Shown in pieces: positions 48,036-61,754 of a stretch of 64,000 bases of DNA. Made by a program: the position numbers and the translations under genes. The stretch's first letter is position 1; each line of letters starts with the position of its first letter. The stretch is from NCBI GenBank assembly GCA_977017645.1, contig OZ360245.1, forward strand, positions 38,068,001 to 38,132,000, written 5' to 3'. Source of the stretch: Torpedo marmorata (taxonomy: Eukaryota). The notes under the pieces were generated by a model. That model was not told the origin of the DNA, ran no database searches, and saw only the letters and a program-made list of their open reading frames with translations.

Positions 48036-48992
48036 TCTCCTCCTCACTGATTATCAACACAGGCGCACCCTAAGGATGCGTGCTTAGCCCACTGCTCTAC
48101 TCGTTATACACCCATGACTGTGGGGCCAGGCACAATTCCAATGCCATCTACAAGTTTGCCGATGACACCATAGTTGTCGGCAGAATCACAAATGGCAATG
48201 AGGAAGCATACAGGAGGGAGATAGATCAGCTCGTTGAATGGTGTAACGACAACAACCTTGCGCTCAACGTCAGCAAAACCAAGGAGCTGATTGTGGACTT
48301 CAGGAGGAAGTCAGGGGAACACGACCCAGTCCTCATCGAGGGCTCAGTAGTGGAGAGGGTCAAGAACTTTAAATTCCTGGGTGTCAACATCTCGATGGAT
48401 CTGTTCTGGAGCCTCCACGTTGATGCAATCACAAAGAAGGCTCACCAGCGGCTATACTTTGTGAGGTGTCTGAGGAGATTCGGTATGTCACCGAAGACTC
48501 TCGTAAACTTCTACAGGTGTACCGTGGAGAGCATTCTGGCTGGTTGCATCACTGCCTGGTATGGAGGCGCCAACTCTCTGGACAAGAATAAACTCCAGAG
48601 GGTTGTTAACTCGGCCTGTGACATCACAGGCACCAGACTTCACTCCATCGAGGACATCTACACGAGGCGGTGTCTTAAAAAAGCAGCCTCTATCCTCAAA
48701 GACCCCCACCACCCAAGCCATGCCCTCTTCACTCTGCTACCAGCGGGAAAAAGGTACAGGAGCCTAAAGATGAGCAGTCAATGGCACAAGGACAGCTTCT
48801 TCCCCGCTGCCATCAGATTCCTGAATAATCAATGAACCAAAGACACTGTCTTACTTTTTGTGCAGTATTATTTATTGATATTTTTATAGTAATTTCATAA
48901 GATGGTTATAATGTGAATGTTTGCACTATGATGCTGCTGCAAAACACCGAATTTCATGACTTGTTCATGACAATAAATTCTGATTCTGATTC
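48036..48992 (+). mobile_element. Rex1/Babar-type LINE, 5'-truncated; 251-aa open RT C-terminal ORF (48080..48835)
   Basis: YKFADDT, FKFLGVNIS, KKAHQRLYFVRCLRRFG; (ATTCTG)n tail. Confidence 0.9.
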
Positions 48993-51416
48993 ATTGCTCT
49001 CGCTCTCTTTCATTTCCAAACTTTGCCCAATCCATAAGTAACTTGAAAGACCAAATAAAATGAGTTAATGAACTCTGAAATGGGAATACAATTGTTTCAC
49101 TAAACCAAACTCCATCTCTCTGGCTAGTTAAAGAAATTAAGGTTAAAGAGAGTGGCATCCGACATCCCTTAAAAATGTTCCATTTGAGGAAAGTAACAAA
49201 TCGTTAGAAATTGGATGTTATTAGTTATATGCACACCATGTTAAAGGGCCCTTGTTCAAATGGACGAATGTTCTTAGGAGGTTCGGGAAACAGTGACTGT
49301 CAAATGTGTGCGGTACAACGATGGAGGATATGCATGGATGATTGATTTCAGGACTGCCCTCCAACTAAATGGTTCTCACAGGCCTCATTCCCGTTCTGAA
49401 AAAAAAATAAACAATTGGTTGATACTGACACTTGCCAGGGGAAAAGAGTAGAGTTTGATGGTTGATGGAGTGTGTATTTAAAATTGACAATTATTCAGCA
49501 ATAATTCATGCATTTTTATTTTACACTCATTTGATCATTCATATCTTACTTTCCATTCATTTGAAGAATATTCCCACTGAACATGATAAACATTCCCCTT
49601 GGGAAGGTAGACTAATTTCAATCTACTGGCTTGCACACAGTTCAGATACCGGTGAACTCCCTGTGAAGTCTCTGAGCTTGATTCCAACAAGCTGACCTTT
49701 TAACAGCTTGTGGAACAAAATGATTAGTCTATAGCTCAGCACAGTGTGGTTCAGTCACATCTGTTTGAAACGACAAAGAGAGCACTTGACAGCCATTTAG
49801 CTGGAAATGTTGCAGGTTCCCAAGTTGGTCTGAGAGTAATTTCATTGATGATGGATTTGGACATCGTAAGTGAGTGGATAGATGGGTTAAGAAAGAAAGA
49901 ACCAGCAGGTGAAATTATACCTTTTAAAAACATAAGTAGGTCGTCCAGAAATTAAGCTATTCCAGTCACTGACCAATGTAGATTGCAAGATAAATTCAAA
50001 TACCGAGGCTAAAAAATTAAGAAGTGAAAAATATGTATGTCTTTCGATTTTGATGGATGGGAACCCAGGATGTTTTGTAGGCAGAAAATCTGAAATAATA
50101 ACAGAGAATGCTAGAAATAATCAGCAGGTCAGGCAGCATCCAGTAAGAAAGAAAACAGAGTTAATGTTTCCACCAGAAAATAGTATTATCAGAAATGTCT
50201 TTTTATTATTTTTTTGTGGAAATAGACTCAATTGAAATTTTTGAATTTTGTCTGCAGTATTACATTATTTTGTGTTGGATATAAACATGTACACATAGTG
50301 AAAGTTTTAAGAATTGTCAACAATGCTCTGATGTGTAATTTATTGGTCTCAGTCAGTGTTGTAAGCATCAAACTTGGAATGTGGAATAACTTAGAAAACA
50401 TTGTGTTGGTGTAAATTAAATTCAGTATCCTCAAAAGTTGGATGATGTAAATCTGAAGCATCTTTGACATCTGACACAAAATTGGAAGAGGTTTTCGGAA
50501 GCTGATAATGTGCTATCACACGTCAAATAACACCATCCCCTAACCCCCACTCTTTCAGAGATGAACAGATGTTCCGAAAGAAATGAGAGTTGCCCATCAA
50601 GTGCACAAGAGATACTTAGCTTGGAACTCGTTTGTTCAAGCTGCTTTCGTGCTTTCGGTGTTAGCAGTTAACAGGTTCAAGAGCTGACACAGCATTTGTT
50701 AAAGGCATTGATTGGATGAAGGCCAAGTAAGAGAGATGGTTGTGACAGCCAATCAGTTAACTGGTGTGCAGATAGTGATGCTGAAGCAGCTGCTGTATGA
50801 AGGGCTCTGTCTTGCAGATATAAATACAATGCAACTCTGCAGGATATCAGTGAGCGTTGATGGGAATCGCAGAAATCGTATTCTTGAAATAATCTGAAAG
50901 TTTGTATCTTTCTATCACTCTTCTTCTTCCACATTGAGGTAGTGTTGAGTTGGAGGGTGCAGACCAGAATGCCGGATGTCGTACGGAAACTGGAGAGATT
51001 GGACTCTGATGGTTCATGTGTGGATTCAGTGCATGTGAATTCGCCCGCGGCAACAGAGGTAGCATAATGGGGAATGTGGGAGTTGTGTTGGGAGGTTGAG
51101 GACAGTTGATTTCTTTAATAGAGATTATTTCACACAAAAAAACATGTAAAAAATAAACTTTATACACAATAAAAAAAATATAAAGGAAAACAGTGCAAAT
51201 TCCTTTTACATTTTAGTGCCATGTTCATATTTACATTTTGTTACTGTACATTGTAGTGTTAACCATTGATTTTACTACAAACCACCTTTGCTTCCAATGT
51301 GGCCTCCTGGTGTTACTCCCCCCACTGGTCTCAATCTCTCAATGCCCATTAGCAGAAAAGACTATGATCCTTGGCAGACAAAAAACAATGATCATTTAGG
51401 ACAGTGTACAAAAGTA

Positions 51417-51490
51417 CAGCAGGTCACACAGCATCCATAGGAAGTAAAAGGCAGTCGACGTTTAGGATCTGAGCTCTTCATCAGGAATGT
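51417..51490 (-). mobile_element. Penelope terminus fragment with a degenerate hammerhead (canonical CUGAUGA core)
   Basis: Reverse complement cattcctgatgaagagctcagatcctaaacgtcgac; GAAA is mutated to TAAA. Confidence 0.55.
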
Positions 51491-52014
51491 TGAAAATCAG
51501 GAAGACGTCTTGTTTACCTCCGATCATTTGGTGCTGCCTGGGAATTGTAATTTGCTGCACTGGAAACAGACTCCCGTAGATTCACATTTTACTTTGTGTG
51601 TCTGAACAAGAAAGTAGATCTGTCACAGAGTGACTTGGAGGCTCTTTGACTGCTGTTGTCACGTTGTAATGTCACTGCTTTTGGAAGCTTGGCTGTAGCC
51701 AACGAACCAGGGAGTTTGTGGGGTGAGGTGGTGTGCCGGGGAATTGCAGGGTCCAGGAAATTAATTGAACCCACAAAGTGCATCCTGCTGTCCCTGGAGG
51801 GCTGCGTTATGGCAACTGAGATGAAATCTGAGGATTGTTGTGGGAATATTTTCTGTGCTTGTTAAATGATGGCTGTTACTTCGAAGACAGCGTGGCAGGA
51901 TAAGGAAACAGCCTCACTGTTGACTTACTTCTTTTCCTTTTCTTTATTCGTTATTGGAATGTGTTCGAGACCGGAAATAAAATCGGAGAGGTGCACTTTA
52001 TCAGAATGTGGTAG

Positions 52015-52355
52015 ATGCAGCACAGTGGCGTGGCTGGGAGAGCTCCAGCAATCTGGGTTGTATCCTGACCAAGGCTGCTGCTTTTGTGGGTTTGCATGGT
52101 TTTCCCTGTGGGTTTCCCCCAGGTACTCCAACTTCCTCCCAAGTCCCAAAGACAAGCAGATTGGTAGATTAATTGACTGCAGTACATTGTTCCTCGTACA
52201 TTGGTGATTGGAAGAACCTGGGGTGAGTTGTTGGGAATGAGGAGGAGAATAAAAAGTGAATTAATCTAATTAATCAAGTATTGGTATAAATGGGTGCTTG
52301 ATGTTTCAGCCCAGACTTAATGGCCAAAGTGTCTGTTTCTGTGCTGTATCTCTCA
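52015..52355 (+). mobile_element. Older V-SINE-like SINE
   Basis: gggtttgcatggttttccctgtgggtttcccccaggtactccaacttcctccc...cccaaagac, and tail ctgtttctgtgctgtatctctc. Confidence 0.7.
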
Positions 52356-52357
52356 TT

Positions 52358-53157
52358 AGCCCTTTTCACACTGGCTAACGTGTAACAATGAACAGGTTAA
52401 AGAAGCCGTTTTTGCCGTTCACACTGGACCACTGTTAACTGGTTCTCTGCGTCCTTTCACACTCACCACCAAGCATCCCTGGGGAGAGGGGCGCCTATCC
52501 TCCACCGGTGACATCTGAGTGAAGCATCGAGCGAAGGCGGACCTGCCCTCCCAGAATTCCATGCGGCAGAGAAACCCCTCCATGAGTGCTCTGTGCATAC
52601 AGCCCTTTCTCTGTTGCATGGAATTCTGGGAGGGCAGGTCCACCATCGCTCTCTCTCTCTCTCTCTCTCTCTCCCTCTCTCTTTATTGCCGCAACCACTT
52701 TCCCAGGTCCTTTATAAATTTATAAAGATTTATATAGGTCGGCACAACAACAGGGGCTGAAGGGCTCATACTGTGCTGTACATAATGCTTAATTATGTTA
52801 TAATTAGGCATGATTAATTTTGTTTAAATACAAGATCATAATACATTGATCAGGATTTAGTAAATTGAATACAAAGTTTATACCTTTTTAATCTTTTGTT
52901 TCCTTCACATTCCTGCACTCACGCAAAAACGTCATCAACGTGTCACTACTTTGTCCCTGGATAGTCCGTGTCCCTTTCACACTGGGTTAATCGGCACGCA
53001 GGTGTCAGATGACCCCGGGGATGATGCACCCTACCTAGGCGGTCCATCCCCAGGGTGATTTGACACCTGCGTGCCAATTCGGGAGCGTTCACACTGGCCC
53101 CTTAACCGGTATATTGGTCGTTAATTACTAGGATAAGGTGCCAGTGTGAAATGGGGT
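52358..53157. mobile_element. PIF/Harbinger-like MITE with two long internal hairpins
   Basis: TIRs agcccttttcacactggc / gccagtgtgaaatggggt; repeated subterminal ttcacact motifs; hairpins at 52539-52641 and 52993-53075. Confidence 0.7.
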
Positions 53158-53432
53158 TTTGATTCTGTGACTGTGACAGATACATATAATAAAATGGTCA
53201 GGTGAAAAGAATGAAAAGGACAAAAAAATGTTGAATTGTTTGATATGCACATTGCCGGTGATTAACTTGAATGGCCCAGGAATGAGTTGTTAACTCCAAC
53301 ATGAGTCAAACCAGTGCTTGCTACAATAGCTTGACATTACCAGTACTGCATGGAGGCATTTCTTTGATAAAAGGTGATCTGGAGACTTGGGTCCAGACTC
53401 TTATGTCCGTCATCCATCAGGAACATCAGTTG

Positions 53433-53958
53433 CAGTTATGTTTTTTACATATAACTAACGATATTTTTCCGTCGACATTTCACACTTACCTTCCGGAGTG
53501 GCCGTTCACACAGGAACGACCAAAACTCCAAAATTCGGGATCTCACCATGCGTTTACACTAAATATCTGAGTTGCGGTATTTACGTAGGCTGGACGTGGG
53601 TCACCACTGCGTCGACCATGACGCAGACACTGCGTGCGACGTACAGCGTCACTGCATCGACGTCGTCAGTGACGTGTATCATCTGCATCTGCATTTAAAA
53701 ATCCCGCGCTGCATGGTTGCGCGCCTTACGCGTCATCGCGCGTCATCAAACGTCATATTCATTAGCCCCTTGCTGCCGATCGCCTGCAGTTGCGTTTAGA
53801 CTGCAGGCGATCCGCGAAACTTTCTAGGGGTCCAGGAGGTAAAATATTGGATCGGAAATGAGTCATTTTTTCCGTTCCGATCCTTTTACACAGCCTGCGT
53901 TCCGGAATTTTGGGAATAAAATTCTGGAACTCAGCGGCTGTGTAAAAAAACATAACTG
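53433..53958. mobile_element. CpG-rich TIR element (probably a Harbinger-like MITE)
   Basis: Inverted ends cagttatgttttttaca / tgtaaaaaaacataactg; internal tt(c/t)acac motifs; perfect 13-bp hairpin at 53778-53812. Confidence 0.6.
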
Positions 53959-54660
53959 ATACAATCTTAAGGGGAAAAATGAAGAGCCTTTGGAAAGGCT
54001 TACTTTTACTTCACTGCATTTACTATAGAGCTTTGAACCTTCTGTGAAACGTGGTTGCAATGTTCAACCACCAGAAACTCCCCGCAGAGTTCATTCTGTC
54101 AGACTCGTGAAGAAGGGAGCCTTATGAATGAATGAAAGTGACAAAACCGAGACACTGATGGTTCTCCACGGGGACTGGAGATGGCACAGGACTTCAAAGC
54201 CTGCAGACATCCAGATCTGGGAGCTCTTTTCCTTTCAGATCCAACTCTGTAAGGCTCTAGAGGGAGCTCGGGGGAGGGAGGTGATTCAGATTGTATTTCA
54301 CAGAGATTGGACAAGTAATGACTTGTTTCCGCTGCAGTTACTGGCCCTTTGAGGAAGATTTAAGTCGAAGTTTGGTACGTGGAACGGAGATTTTAGCCAG
54401 CTTTAGCAGAGAGTGGAGGAACACAGAAACCGTGCCAAATGAAAGCAGGCCCAGTACATTGTAACCCTTTGTTTGCCAGTTCAGCAATAGATTTCCAGTT
54501 TTTAATGAAGTCAAAGCTTGTTAAGCATGTAGAAAACAGGAGGTTTTGCAATTAATATATTAAAATACATATTTGTCGGGAGCGGAAATGAGAATTTACC
54601 ATGAGATGTAAGAGACATTAAATAGTACATGTCTGCCAATTTCTTTTTGTTCCTCAACAA

Positions 54661-57600
54661 GAATCAGAATCAGAATTTATTGTCATGAACAAGTCACAAA
54701 ATTCGGTGATTTGCGGCTGCATCATAGTGCAGACCTTCATATTATAAACCATCTTACAACAATAAATATATTTTTAAAAAATAGTGCAAGAAAAGTAAGG
54801 CAGTGTCTTTGGTTCATTGATTATTCAGGAATCTGATGGCAGCGGGGAAGAAGCTGTCCTTGTGCCGTTGAGTGCTCATCTTTAGGCTCCTGTACCTTTT
54901 TCCCAATAGTAGCAGAGTGAAGAGGGCATGGCCTAGGTGGTGGGGGTCTTTGAGAATAGAGGCTGCTTTTTTAAGACACCGCCTCATGTAGATATCCTCG
55001 ATGGAGTGAAGTCTGGTGCCTGTGATGTCGCAGGCCGAGTTAACAACCCGCTGGAGTTTTTTCTTGTCCTGAGATTTGGCGCCTCCATACCAGACAGTGA
55101 TGCAACCAGCCAGAATGCTCTCCACGGTACACCTGTAGAAGTTTTTGAGAGTCTTCGGTGACATACCGAATCTCCTCAAACATCTCACAAAGTAAAGCCG
55201 CTGGCGAGCCTTCTTCGTGATTGCATCAACATGGAGGCTCCAGGACAGATCCTCGGAGATGTTGACACCCAGGAATTTGAAGTTCTTGACCCTCTCCACT
55301 ACTGAGCCCTCGATGAGGACTGGGTCGTGTTCCCCTGACTTCCTCCTGAAGTCCACAATCATCTCCTTAGTTTTGCTAACTTTGAGCGCAAGGTTGTTGG
55401 TGTGACACCACTCAACGAGCTGATCTATCTCCCTCCTGTACGCTTCCTCATTGCCATTTGTGATTCTGCTGACAACTGTGGTGTCTTCGGCAAATTTGTA
55501 GATAGCATTGGAATTGTGCCTGGCCACACAGTCATGGGTGTATAATGAGTAGAGCAGTGGGCTAAACATGCATCCTTGGGGTGCGCCTGTGTTGATAATC
55601 AGTGAGGAGGATATTGTTTCCAATTCGTACTGACTGTGGTCTTCCAATGAGAAAGTTAAGGATCCAGTTGCAGAGTGGGGTACAGAGGCCTAGAGTTTGT
55701 AGCTTCTTGACCAGCACTGAGGGAATAATGGTATTGAAGGCTGAGCTGTAGTCGATGAAGAGCAGCTGTATGTATGAATTGCTGTTTTCAAGGTGATCCA
55801 GAGCTGAGTGGAGAGCCAGTCATATTGCATTTGGTGTGGAGTGATTGTGACGATAGGCGAATTGCAGTGGGTCCAGATCTTTGCTTAGGTACGTGTTAAT
55901 TCTGGCCATGACCAACCTCTCAAAGCATTTCATCACAACAGAAGTTAGTGCTACTAGGCGATAGTCGTTGAGGCAGCTCACACTGCTCTTCTTGGGCACC
56001 GGGATGATTGATACCTTTTTGAAGCAGGTGGGAACCTCTGACTGCAGCAATGAGAGGTTGAAAATGTCCGTGAACACTCCGGCTAGTTGGTTGGCGCAAG
56101 ATTTTCAGTACTCTGCCAGGTACGCCGTCAGGGCCTGACGCCTTGCGAGGGTTCACCCTCTTGAATGATATTCTGACATCGTTCTCAGAGACAGATATCA
56201 CAGGGTCCTCAGCCTTTTCAGGGATTCTAGTAGGCACTGTTTGGTTCTTCTTCTCAAACGGGCATAGAAGCTGTTCAGCTCATCGGGTAATGAAGCATCA
56301 CAGCCATCTATGGTGTTCGCCCTCGCTTTGTAAGCTGTAATGGCCTGCACTCCCTGCCATAGCTGGCGTGTATCTGTCTCTGTCTAGCGGAATTGCCACT
56401 TTGCTTCAGAGATGACCTTCCGTAGGTTGTACCTGGTCTTCTTGTAGAGATCTAGATCCCCGGCTTTAAAAACCCTTGTTCTCGCCCTCAGCAGGTTGCG
56501 AATCCTCTGATTCATCCAGGGCTTCTGGTTGGGGAACACCCGTTATTTGCGCGTGGGCACACACTCGTCCACGCAGGTCTTGATGAAGTCGATGACACCT
56601 GTAGCATATTCATTCAAGTCTATGGATGAGTTCTTGAATATGTTCTAGTCCACCGATTCAAGGCAGTCCTGCAGACGCTCCTCCGCCACCCTCGACCATA
56701 CTTTCACCGTTTTCACTACTGGTGCTGTGGTCCTCAGTCTCTGCTTGTACGCCGGGAGTAGAAGTACAGCCAGATGATCAGACTTGCCGAAGTGCGGTCG
56801 TGGTATGGCTCGGTAGGCGTTCTTCATGGTGGTGTAGCAGTGGTCGAGTGTGTTGGCTCCCCTGGTCTCGCGTGTGATGTGTTAATGGTAGTATGTCAGA
56901 GACTTCTTCAGGTTGGCCTGATTGAAGTCCCCTACAATGATCGGGAAGGCATCAGGATGTGCTGTCTTATGGCTGTTAATCACAGTGCTCAGTCCCTCCA
57001 GTGCCAGCCTGACGTTAGCCTGGGGCGGAATGTCCACTGCGACCAGGATGATTGCAGTGAATTCTCTCGGCAGGTAGTCTGGGCGGCACTTGATCGGCAG
57101 ATGTTCCAGGTCGGGGGAGCAGGACTGGGACATGACCGTCACGTCTTTGCACCACGATGAATTGATGATGACACAAACGCCGCGTCCCCTGGTTTTTCCA
57201 GACGCCGGTGTTCGGTCAGCGCGATGGAGGGTGTAGCCCATGGGCTGCAGCGCCGTGTCCGGAATGTCCGCGTTTTGCCATGTTTCTGTAAAGCACATCA
57301 GACAGCACTCCCTGATGTCTCTCTGATGTTGAGGTCTGGCTTGGAGTTCATCAAGTTTGTTCTCCAAGAATTGTACGTTGGCCAGGAGGATGGTAGGGAG
57401 CGGAAGCCTCAGGGCCCGGCGTCTCAGCTTAACCTGTAGCCCCCCTCTGCGTCCACGTGGTCGGGTCTTCTTTACATGGCCCGTGGGTCTGCTGCTGGTA
57501 GTTCCCGCGGTGTTTAAATGGTCTGTGCGATGTCCCTTTAAATCTCCCGCGATGTTAAATGTACTGAGCGTCTGCTGTTTGCGACTCCCGCGAAGTTTAA

Positions 57601-57866
57601 ATGGCCCGATCGCTGGCTGTTTAAAACTCCCGTGGTGTTGAACTTGCCTGAGCGCCGGCTGTTTAAAGGTCCCGCGGCCCGACGGAGACTGCCGATTCTT
57701 CCAATTCCGAGGTCTTCCAGCGATCTTAGGACATCCTTATTCACGGGTAAGTTTTATTTTATGGTTCTGGATCTGGGGTTGAATTTTAGTAGTTCTGAAC
57801 GGGAATATTTGATCATTCCCGTCAGAGCTGCACGCAAAGAGTCGCCACTGTAAGGCGCCATCTTGG
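54661..57866 (-). mobile_element. Near full-length Rex1/Babar-type LINE (APE endonuclease + RT), disrupted
   Basis: 5' end ccaagatggcgcc; APE motifs CFTETW, GRGVC, IVGDFN and SDH; RT motifs [28 protein letters not shown] and GAPQG; (ATTCTG)n tail; multiple frameshifts. Confidence 0.92.
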
Positions 57867-58774
57867 AACAATTTGGGGTAACCAAGTCACTTTACATGGA
57901 AAACAAGAGTCAGACTTCTTGAAAGGAACTGACCCCTTGCTCTTTCATCTCAACTCTGAAACAAGTCCAGAGCCCTTTGGGAACATTTTGAATTTAAATA
58001 TATCACCAAATCTGGGCTCACGAAATATATGATTACATTTGCCCTGAAGCAAAACTGAAATTATGAACCATTGGTAATTGTATTTTGATTGTACTGAAAG
58101 ATATTTAAAACTGCTCTCAACTTGAACCAATGTAAAACATTGTACAAGTCCCCACAGGGACTCCAACCTAATTTTGACTTGGATTTGGGTTATCTGAATA
58201 CGGCCATGCTACACAAAACTAATTATCAGTGATGCTAGTTAATGGGCCATGTCTATTTTCAAGTTGCTTGATGTGTATATCTAAAAGCTGCAAATTAAGC
58301 GTTGTCCCTCTGAGCTTCCAAACATGTGGCCAAGATCAGTTTACAATTCCTGTGGTCTCACTGATCCTTAATCTCGATAGTCTACAAGGCATTTTGTTGC
58401 ACGCAAAGTGTCTGCTGCACTTAGCCATACAACAACCAACCCTTACTTTTCAGATTGCTTTATTGTAGGTGGTTCTTTGAGGAAGTTAGCTATCTCGGCA
58501 GGGGATTTGAAAAAAAGATGTTTCTTAATTTATTTAATCCTGATCAGGAAAGAAAGTCTGCATTTATGTATGTTTTCTGGACTCCCTAATGTGTTCCACG
58601 GTGAGTGAAGAACTTTAGAAGTTGCTGTTACATTGTAGGAAATCCTGCTTCCAATTTGAATGCAGCAAGTTCTTACAAATAACAGACCAATAACAAATAT
58701 TGGCCAAGACTCAATGGATGATATGAAAAAAAATCAAAAAAGATGGAGATGCCAGAAATCTAAAATAAAAACCG

Positions 58775-59600
58775 AAAATGTTCAATGTGAGTTTATGGTC
58801 GTATACATTAGTACAATGTACCAATGCACCAAAATTCTTACTTGCTGGAATCAAACAGGCACATAAGATACACCAACTACTACTATAGTAAACATTTAAA
58901 TCACCACAAAAAGACAGAAAAAGAGATAATTAATATAAAAGGATAAATGTTCACAGTTGCAGTTAATGCAAGAATAAAAAAGGCAGCGAAGTTTCAGGAG
59001 TGCACACAGGGTAGTTTATGGTTTGGGTTACAATACATAAAACATAGAACGTTACAACACAGTACAGGCCCTTCAGCCCACGATGTTGTGCCGACCCAAA
59101 GTGGAGGGAGGTTCAAGTGAATGATAGCTGTTGGATTAAAAACTGTTCTTGAACCTGGAGGTGCTGGACTTCAGGCTGCGGTACCTTCTACCATTGTGAC
59201 CAGGGTCATAGGGATCCTTTATGATGTTGGCAATGCTCTTAAGGCAGCACCTCATGTTGATGCTATCAATGGATGGGAGGGCAAGGACGTGCGATGGACT
59301 TGGCTAGGTTTGCTACTTTCTGAGCCTTCTGCCTTCCTGGGCACTTGAGTTTCCTAACCAGTCTGTGATGGAACCAGTCAGTCTATTTTCCACAATACAC
59401 ATGTTGAAGTTCAATGGAGTATTTGCTGATGTGCCAAATCTCCTCAGACTTCTGAGAAAACAGAAGTGTTGCTGTGCCTTCTTCAGAATTGCCTCGATGT
59501 GCTGCCTCCAGGAGAGGTCCTCCGATGTGTGGCCTCCCAGGAACTTGAAGGTATGAATTCTCTCCACCACCGTCCCATCAATGAAGACAGGTGCGTGATT
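58775..59600 (-). mobile_element. Old Rex1/Babar-type LINE 3' remnant, with a CR1/SINE tail nested at ~59040-59098
   Basis: VERIHTFKFLGGHTSEDLSWRQHIEAILKKAQQHFCFLRSLRRFG. Confidence 0.72.
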
Positions 59601-59785
59601 CCTCGGCTGCAGATACTCAGCCCATCAGTCTGCATCTCTGGTAAGAGAAACAGAGCTTTGACCTGAAACGTTAGCTCTGTTTCTCTTCTCACAGATGCAG
59701 CCTGACCTACAGAGTATTTCCAGGATTTTGTTTTTATTCCATGGATGATATCCCTGCTTTTCCAACAGTGTAATGGAACCTTTTA

Positions 59786-60142
59786 CAGTAGAAGTCCTAA
59801 AATCCGGACTGCTCAGGGATTGGGTCGGTCCGGATTTTCGGGATTCTCGGGCAGTACTTTAAAAACTTAAATTTAAGGTGGAATAAAGAAGAGATAAACA
59901 GGTAAATTTTGATAGTTTATTCATTTGCAAATACAGTATGCTTCATTTATCAAAACAAGCAGTTTTAAAGAAAAATAAAGTCAACAAGCGTGGTCGCATG
60001 TTGCCACTGTGCATCTGTGGCGTTTACACATGCATGCACGCACACAATAGCCCGCTAAATTTAAAAAGTCTGAGAGTTTTCGAAAAGTCCGGATTCTCGG
60101 GTGGTCCAGATTTCTGGCATCCGGATTTTTAGACTTCTACTG
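59786..60142. mobile_element. Tc1/mariner (Tigger-like) MITE
   Basis: TA|cagtagaagtcctaaaatccgga ... tccggatttttagacttctactg|TA. Confidence 0.87.
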
Positions 60143-61199
60143 TATCTTCTGCTCAGGGAACAGGTTTAAGGGCTCATCTGAAATGCAGCAATCGTGCTGT
60201 TTCCCAACTGCATTGTTGGGTTAGTTGAGGGTTCTGTGCTCACACCTCCGATGGGCAAGTTGGAAATATCAGGAGTATCATGTTGCTTCATTTTAATGAC
60301 GATGAGGTGTCTGGAAATGTCAATCATCAGAACGTTTAGGAACAGAACAGCATTTCTGATATGTTGGCAAAGATTGGCTTAATAACTCCTGATGTTGACA
60401 GGTGTGTTGGTTTAGCAATGGTGCTGGAACATAGTCTGTTACGATTTCACTCTAAAATATTCCCATAATTAGGACTTCCATGGAAAACAGAGTTCCCTGA
60501 ATTTTTTCGATAGTGAGTTCTCGATTAACATTTTTAACTATCCCTTGTTTCGACCTGTCAGTCGCCACGTTCAATGAGTTATTTCTGCGCGTAACTCGAC
60601 TCTCAGAAGCTGAATATTTGTCTGCAAGGATTTCTTTCTTCCAAGCCAGTAATCTTTATTGATGGCATTCCTTTTAAAAGCATTGTGTAGGGAGAAAATA
60701 GTGAAATAACTGCATTCGATTTCAGTGAATATCTTGGAGGCATTTTTCGAACATTATCACAAGATGCATGTTGGACTGTATCAGGTTTCCTGTCTGTCGG
60801 CTGCACTGGCCTGTGGATCAGAACATGAAATCACATGAGCGCAGCAGAAGGGTGTTAATACCTTTGAGGTTTCAATCCAAAAGAACAGTTGATGATATAT
60901 TTTGTAAAGACCAACCTTTTCAAGGTTCAGCTTGGTAATTTCCATGACGAGATGATTTCTCCTTTTTCTTGATTACTAATACATTCTGACAGCCCAACCA
61001 CCAACATAGAAATAAATTCCCTCCCCCACTGCCTCACTGTGGCCGCAAGTGTTCCATCTCCAGGGCCAGTTGCAACAACCCTGCAAGTCATCTTCTGAGT
61101 CTTTTAAGTCTGAAATCATTGCTGCCCAGAAGAATAAGATCAATGAGAAAATGGCTGAGTACACTTGAATTAAGAGTACTTTGACAATATTTGAGTATG

Positions 61200-61575
61200 A
61201 ACTAATAAGCAAGGAGAAATTAAGCAGCCGAGACTTAAAGTGTCCGAAGTCTAGAAGAATGGGAAGTGAAACAGGCAACATTTTCACTCGCCTTGACCGA
61301 CTAGATGCAGAGTTCATGTTACCCTCAGCAAGGGTGTCCAGGGGACAGCCTTTTGGGACTCGGCTGAGAAGAAACTTCTTCATCTGGGTAGTGGAAAATC
61401 TTCGGAATTGTCCACCCAAGTAGGCTGTGAACACTTAGTGTCTGGGTCTTTCCAGGATAGAGTTTGATTGAACTTTGAATATTAAAAAGGAAGGACGTGC
61501 TTTTAGTACAGGAAACTAGTGCTGGAGGAAGAGCTTCGGAATGATCTCATTGAATACTGGGGCAGGTGTGAGTAG
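61200..61575 (+). mobile_element. Old CR1 3' remnant
   Basis: FGTRLRRNFFIWVVENLRNCPP resembles the CR1 motif RRNFFTQRVVNLWNSLP. Confidence 0.6.
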
Positions 61576-61754
61576 ACAACCGATCTCACACCAACTAGAC
61601 GGGGAAATAAATCATTGATCCTTAAGAGCCATTGGGTTTGAATCCTGGAACTCCACGTTTAACTGAAAGCACGATTACCATGTAATTGCAGAGATTAAAA
61701 ACTGCGGATTACCCCAGGCAACTAAGCACGGGCATTGTAGGGAGGCAAATAAAT

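Noticed and set aside
50935-50956. let-7-like start (tgaggtagt)
   Set aside because: The match ends after 9 nt and there is no complementary arm.
46905-54400. Possible plus-strand coding exons near 46910-47020, 49790-49866 and 54100-54375
   Set aside because: Splice-like signals exist, but the translations resemble no protein I recognise and cannot be chained into a frame.
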